Assembly (NCBI RefSeq): GCF_016031615.1 | Contig: NZ_JACYXC010000001.1 | Span: 4,062,735-4,094,734 of the forward strand | DNA from: Streptomyces pactum | GTDB taxonomy: Bacteria; Actinomycetota; Actinomycetes; Streptomycetales; Streptomycetaceae | DNA length: 32,000 bases | Direction: 5' to 3' | Shown here: piece after piece, positions 29,914-32,000 of the stretch | Layout: each line of letters begins with the position of its first letter | Numbering within the stretch: position 1 is the first letter of the stretch | Position numbers and translations under genes: made by a program | Notes under the pieces: model-generated | The model's input: the letters and a program-made list of their open reading frames with translations, nothing else | The model's database searches: none | What the model was told of the DNA's origin: nothing

Positions 29914-30395
29914 CGCCGGGCCCGGCCGGGGACCCACTCGGCCGCGCGCCCGCCTGCCCCACATGGCGGACACCGGCTCGCCCGCGCCGTGGGCAGCCGC
30001 CAGCCTGAGGGGATGGAGGCCGGCGCGGGTCCGTACCGTCGTGGGCGCCCGGAACGGCGTCCCTCGTGCCCGGCCCGGTGGTGCACGCCCCCGGGCCGGA
30101 CGTCCGCCTGCCCCCACCGGCCGGCCGGTGTCGCCGATCGGGTGACGCCGGCAACGGCCCGGCGCGGGATCCCGTATCCCTCGGCACTCCTGCCCCGGGC
30201 GCCGCTCCCGTCCCGGCCCCCTGCTCCCGCTCCCGCCCCTGCTCCCGCCCCCGGGGCCGCGGCCCGTGGTGTCCCGGCCTGCGGTGACGCGCCCGCCGGC
30301 GCCCTCGCTGCCGCCGCTCCGCCGTCCGGTGGCGCGCCGTCCGCGAGCACGGGGGGCGGCGCCCCGCCGACCGGCAACGCGACGGCCGTCCCGCC

Positions 30396-30455
30396 GGCCG
30401 GTGACGCCCTGGCCGGTGACGCCCTGGCCGGTGGCGCCCCGGCCGGGGGTGTCCC
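30396..30455. repeat. 15-nt tandem repeat, two perfect and two degenerate copies
   Basis: GGCCGGTGACGCCCT occurs at 30396-30410 and 30411-30425, followed by GGCCGGTGGCGCCCC and GGCCGGGGGTGTCCC. Confidence 0.85.
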
Positions 30456-30675
30456 GTCCGGTGGAGGTGCCCCGCCCGGTGGCACGGCGGTCCGGCGTGC
30501 CGGGTCCGGCCCGCCGCACCGCCGCCGAGCGCGCGGCACGGACCGCCGGTGAGCACCTGAGCCGGACCGCTGCCGACTGCCCGGGGGCGCGGGCCGCCCG
30601 GGGTCGCGGGGTGCGGCGGGGCCGGGCCGGCGGAGAGCGGGAGTAGCCGGTGCGGACACCGGACGGCGGGGGGCG

Positions 30676-31947
30676 GTGGGGGCGGCGGCGGTGACCGGCC
30701 GCGGGGCCGGGGCGCCCGCCGGGGGCGGCGGTGCCAACGGCCGGGAGGCGGACCGGGAGCGGCGGCGGAACCGCAGGTTCGCCGGCTGGCTCTCGGCCGC
30801 CCTGATCGCGGGCGGGGTGGTCTTCGACCTGCTGACCCCGCGGAACGTGTCGGCGGCACCGTTCTTCGCGGCCGCGCCGCTGATCGCGGCCCCCTTCGCC
30901 ACCTTCGCCGTCACCGCGTTCACCGCGGCGGCGTCGGTCGGCACCGCCCTGGTCCTGATGCTCTGCCACGGGTTCGACGGCCCGCACGACCGCACCGAGT
31001 CGCTGTTCGAGTTCGTCACCGTCCTCACCGTCGCGCTGCTGGCCCTCGCCACCAACCGGGTGGTCCGCCGCGGCGGCCGGAAGCTCGCCTCGGCACGCGG
31101 CATCGCGGCGGCGGTGCAGCGGGCGGTGCTCCCGGTGCCCCCCGCGGTGGTCGGCGGGCTGGGGGTCGCGGCGCGTTACGAGGCGGCGCAGGCCGATGCG
31201 GGCATCGGCGGCGACCTGTACGCGGTGCAGGAGACGCCGCACGGGGTGCGCGCCGTGGTGGGGGACGTACGGGGCAAGGGGCTGGGCGCGGTGGAGGCCG
31301 TCACGGTGGTCCTCGGCGCCTTCCGCGAGGCGGCCGAGGAGGAGCCCGACCTGGAGGGGCTCGCGGGCCGGCTGGAACGGGCCCTGGACCGGGAGGGGCG
31401 GCGCCGGGCCAACCTCGACCAGGTGGAGGGCTTCACCACCGCGGTGCTCGCGGAGATCCCGCCGGGCGCCTCCACCGTCCGGCTGCTCAACCGCGGGCAC
31501 CCGCCACCGCTGCTGTTCCTCCCCGGTGGGGGCGTCCGGACCACCGAGCCGGCCGTTCCGGCGATGCCGCTGGGGATGCGCGAGCTGGGTGAGTGGCCGG
31601 ACCGCGCGGACGAGCTGGCGTTCCCGCCGGGGGCCACGCTGCTGCTCTTCACCGACGGGGTGACCGAGGCCCGGGACGCGCACGGCGTCTTCTACGACCC
31701 GGCCGGCCGGCTGGGGGACCGGACCTGGCCGGACCCGGACACCCTGCTGGACGCGCTGGTCACCGATGTCGTCCGGCACACCGGGGGAGCGGCGGCGGAC
31801 GACATGGCGCTGCTCGCCGTCCACCGCCCGGGGGAGTCCGGGGAGCCGGCGGCAGAACCCGGCCCGGTGGAACGGAACCGGACCGGCCCCGGGAACGGTC
31901 CCGGGAACGGTCCCGCCCCGAGCCGGGACGGTTCCGGCCCGGCCTGA
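30676..31947 (+). CDS. Membrane-anchored PP2C/SpoIIE-family Ser/Thr phosphatase
   Basis: The N-terminus has 3-4 hydrophobic helices (WLSAALIAGGVVFDLL, APFFAAAPLIAAPFATFAVTAF, LFEFVTVLTVALLALA). PP2C motifs are GIGGDLYAV, VVGDVRGKGLGAV, LLLFTDGVTEA and ADDMALLAV. The start (GTG 30676, or a later GTG at 30691) is uncertain. Confidence 0.75.
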   Translation: MGAAAVTGRGAGAPAGGGGANGREADRERRRNRRFAGWLSAALIAGGVVFDLLTPRNVSAAPFFAAAPLIAAPFATFAVTAFTAAASVGTALVLMLCHGFDGPHDRTESLFEFVTVLTVALLALATNRVVRRGGRKLASARGIAAAVQRAVLPVPPAVVGGLGVAARYEAAQADAGIGGDLYAVQETPHGVRAVVGDVRGKGLGAVEAVTVVLGAFREAAEEEPDLEGLAGRLERALDREGRRRANLDQVEGFTTAVLAEIPPGASTVRLLNRGHPPPLLFLPGGGVRTTEPAVPAMPLGMRELGEWPDRADELAFPPGATLLLFTDGVTEARDAHGVFYDPAGRLGDRTWPDPDTLLDALVTDVVRHTGGAAADDMALLAVHRPGESGEPAAEPGPVERNRTGPGNGPGNGPAPSRDGSGPA

Positions 31948-32000
31948 TCCCACACGGGCAGGAGGGACCGGACGGGAGAGACCCGGACGGGAGGGACCCC

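Noticed and set aside
29989-30552. 187-aa Pro/Ala/Gly-rich ORF as a real gene
   Set aside because: It has no SD, no signal peptide or motif, and extreme low complexity driven by a 15-nt DNA repeat. It is kept only as a caveat in the findings because it shares a frame with the downstream PP2C gene.

Overview
This is high-GC, Streptomyces-like actinomycete DNA. Positions 1-28166 hold a tightly packed secondary-metabolite cluster of 20 genes, many joined by ATGA/GTGA stop-start overlaps. In order they are: a radical-SAM C-terminal fragment, an NPPC-type methyltransferase, a P-loop ATPase with a winged-helix regulator, a PIG-L deacetylase, a B12-radical-SAM enzyme, an ACP, a GT2 glycosyltransferase, a KS, two tandem B12-radical-SAM paralogues, a Gfo/Idh/MocA oxidoreductase, an alpha/beta hydrolase, a PPTase, a KS-AT-DH-KR-ACP type I PKS, a KAS III-like protein, an AMP-ligase, a GSA-aminomutase-like aminotransferase, an SDR and a histidine phosphatase. 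Content and order match, gene for gene, what I remember of ptmC-ptmV (also called pct) of the Streptomyces pactum pactamycin cluster. I therefore think the core system is a known aminocyclopentitol antibiotic pathway or a close relative, not a new system, but I cannot verify this without a database search. Downstream (28167-32000) are repeat-rich GC spacers, a hypothetical protein with an internal two-fold repeat, and a membrane PP2C phosphatase. The observations most worth a second look are these. (1) The PKS reading frame is broken twice within about 80 nt, both times at G5/C5 homopolymers inside the KS C-terminal motif, so it is either an assembly error or a pseudogene. (2) A P-loop ATPase is translationally coupled to a receiver-like winged-helix regulator, with no histidine kinase. 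(3) The 502-bp divergent deacetylase/rSAM control region contains a perfect 11-bp tandem repeat, and its 8-bp core recurs in the second divergent intergenic region. (4) The KS and the deacetylase both carry N-terminal extensions of unknown function. (5) The tandem rSAM paralogues show mosaic divergence. (6) Several places show local codon-composition anomalies. I saw no tRNA/rRNA genes, CRISPR arrays or transposase/integrase genes.
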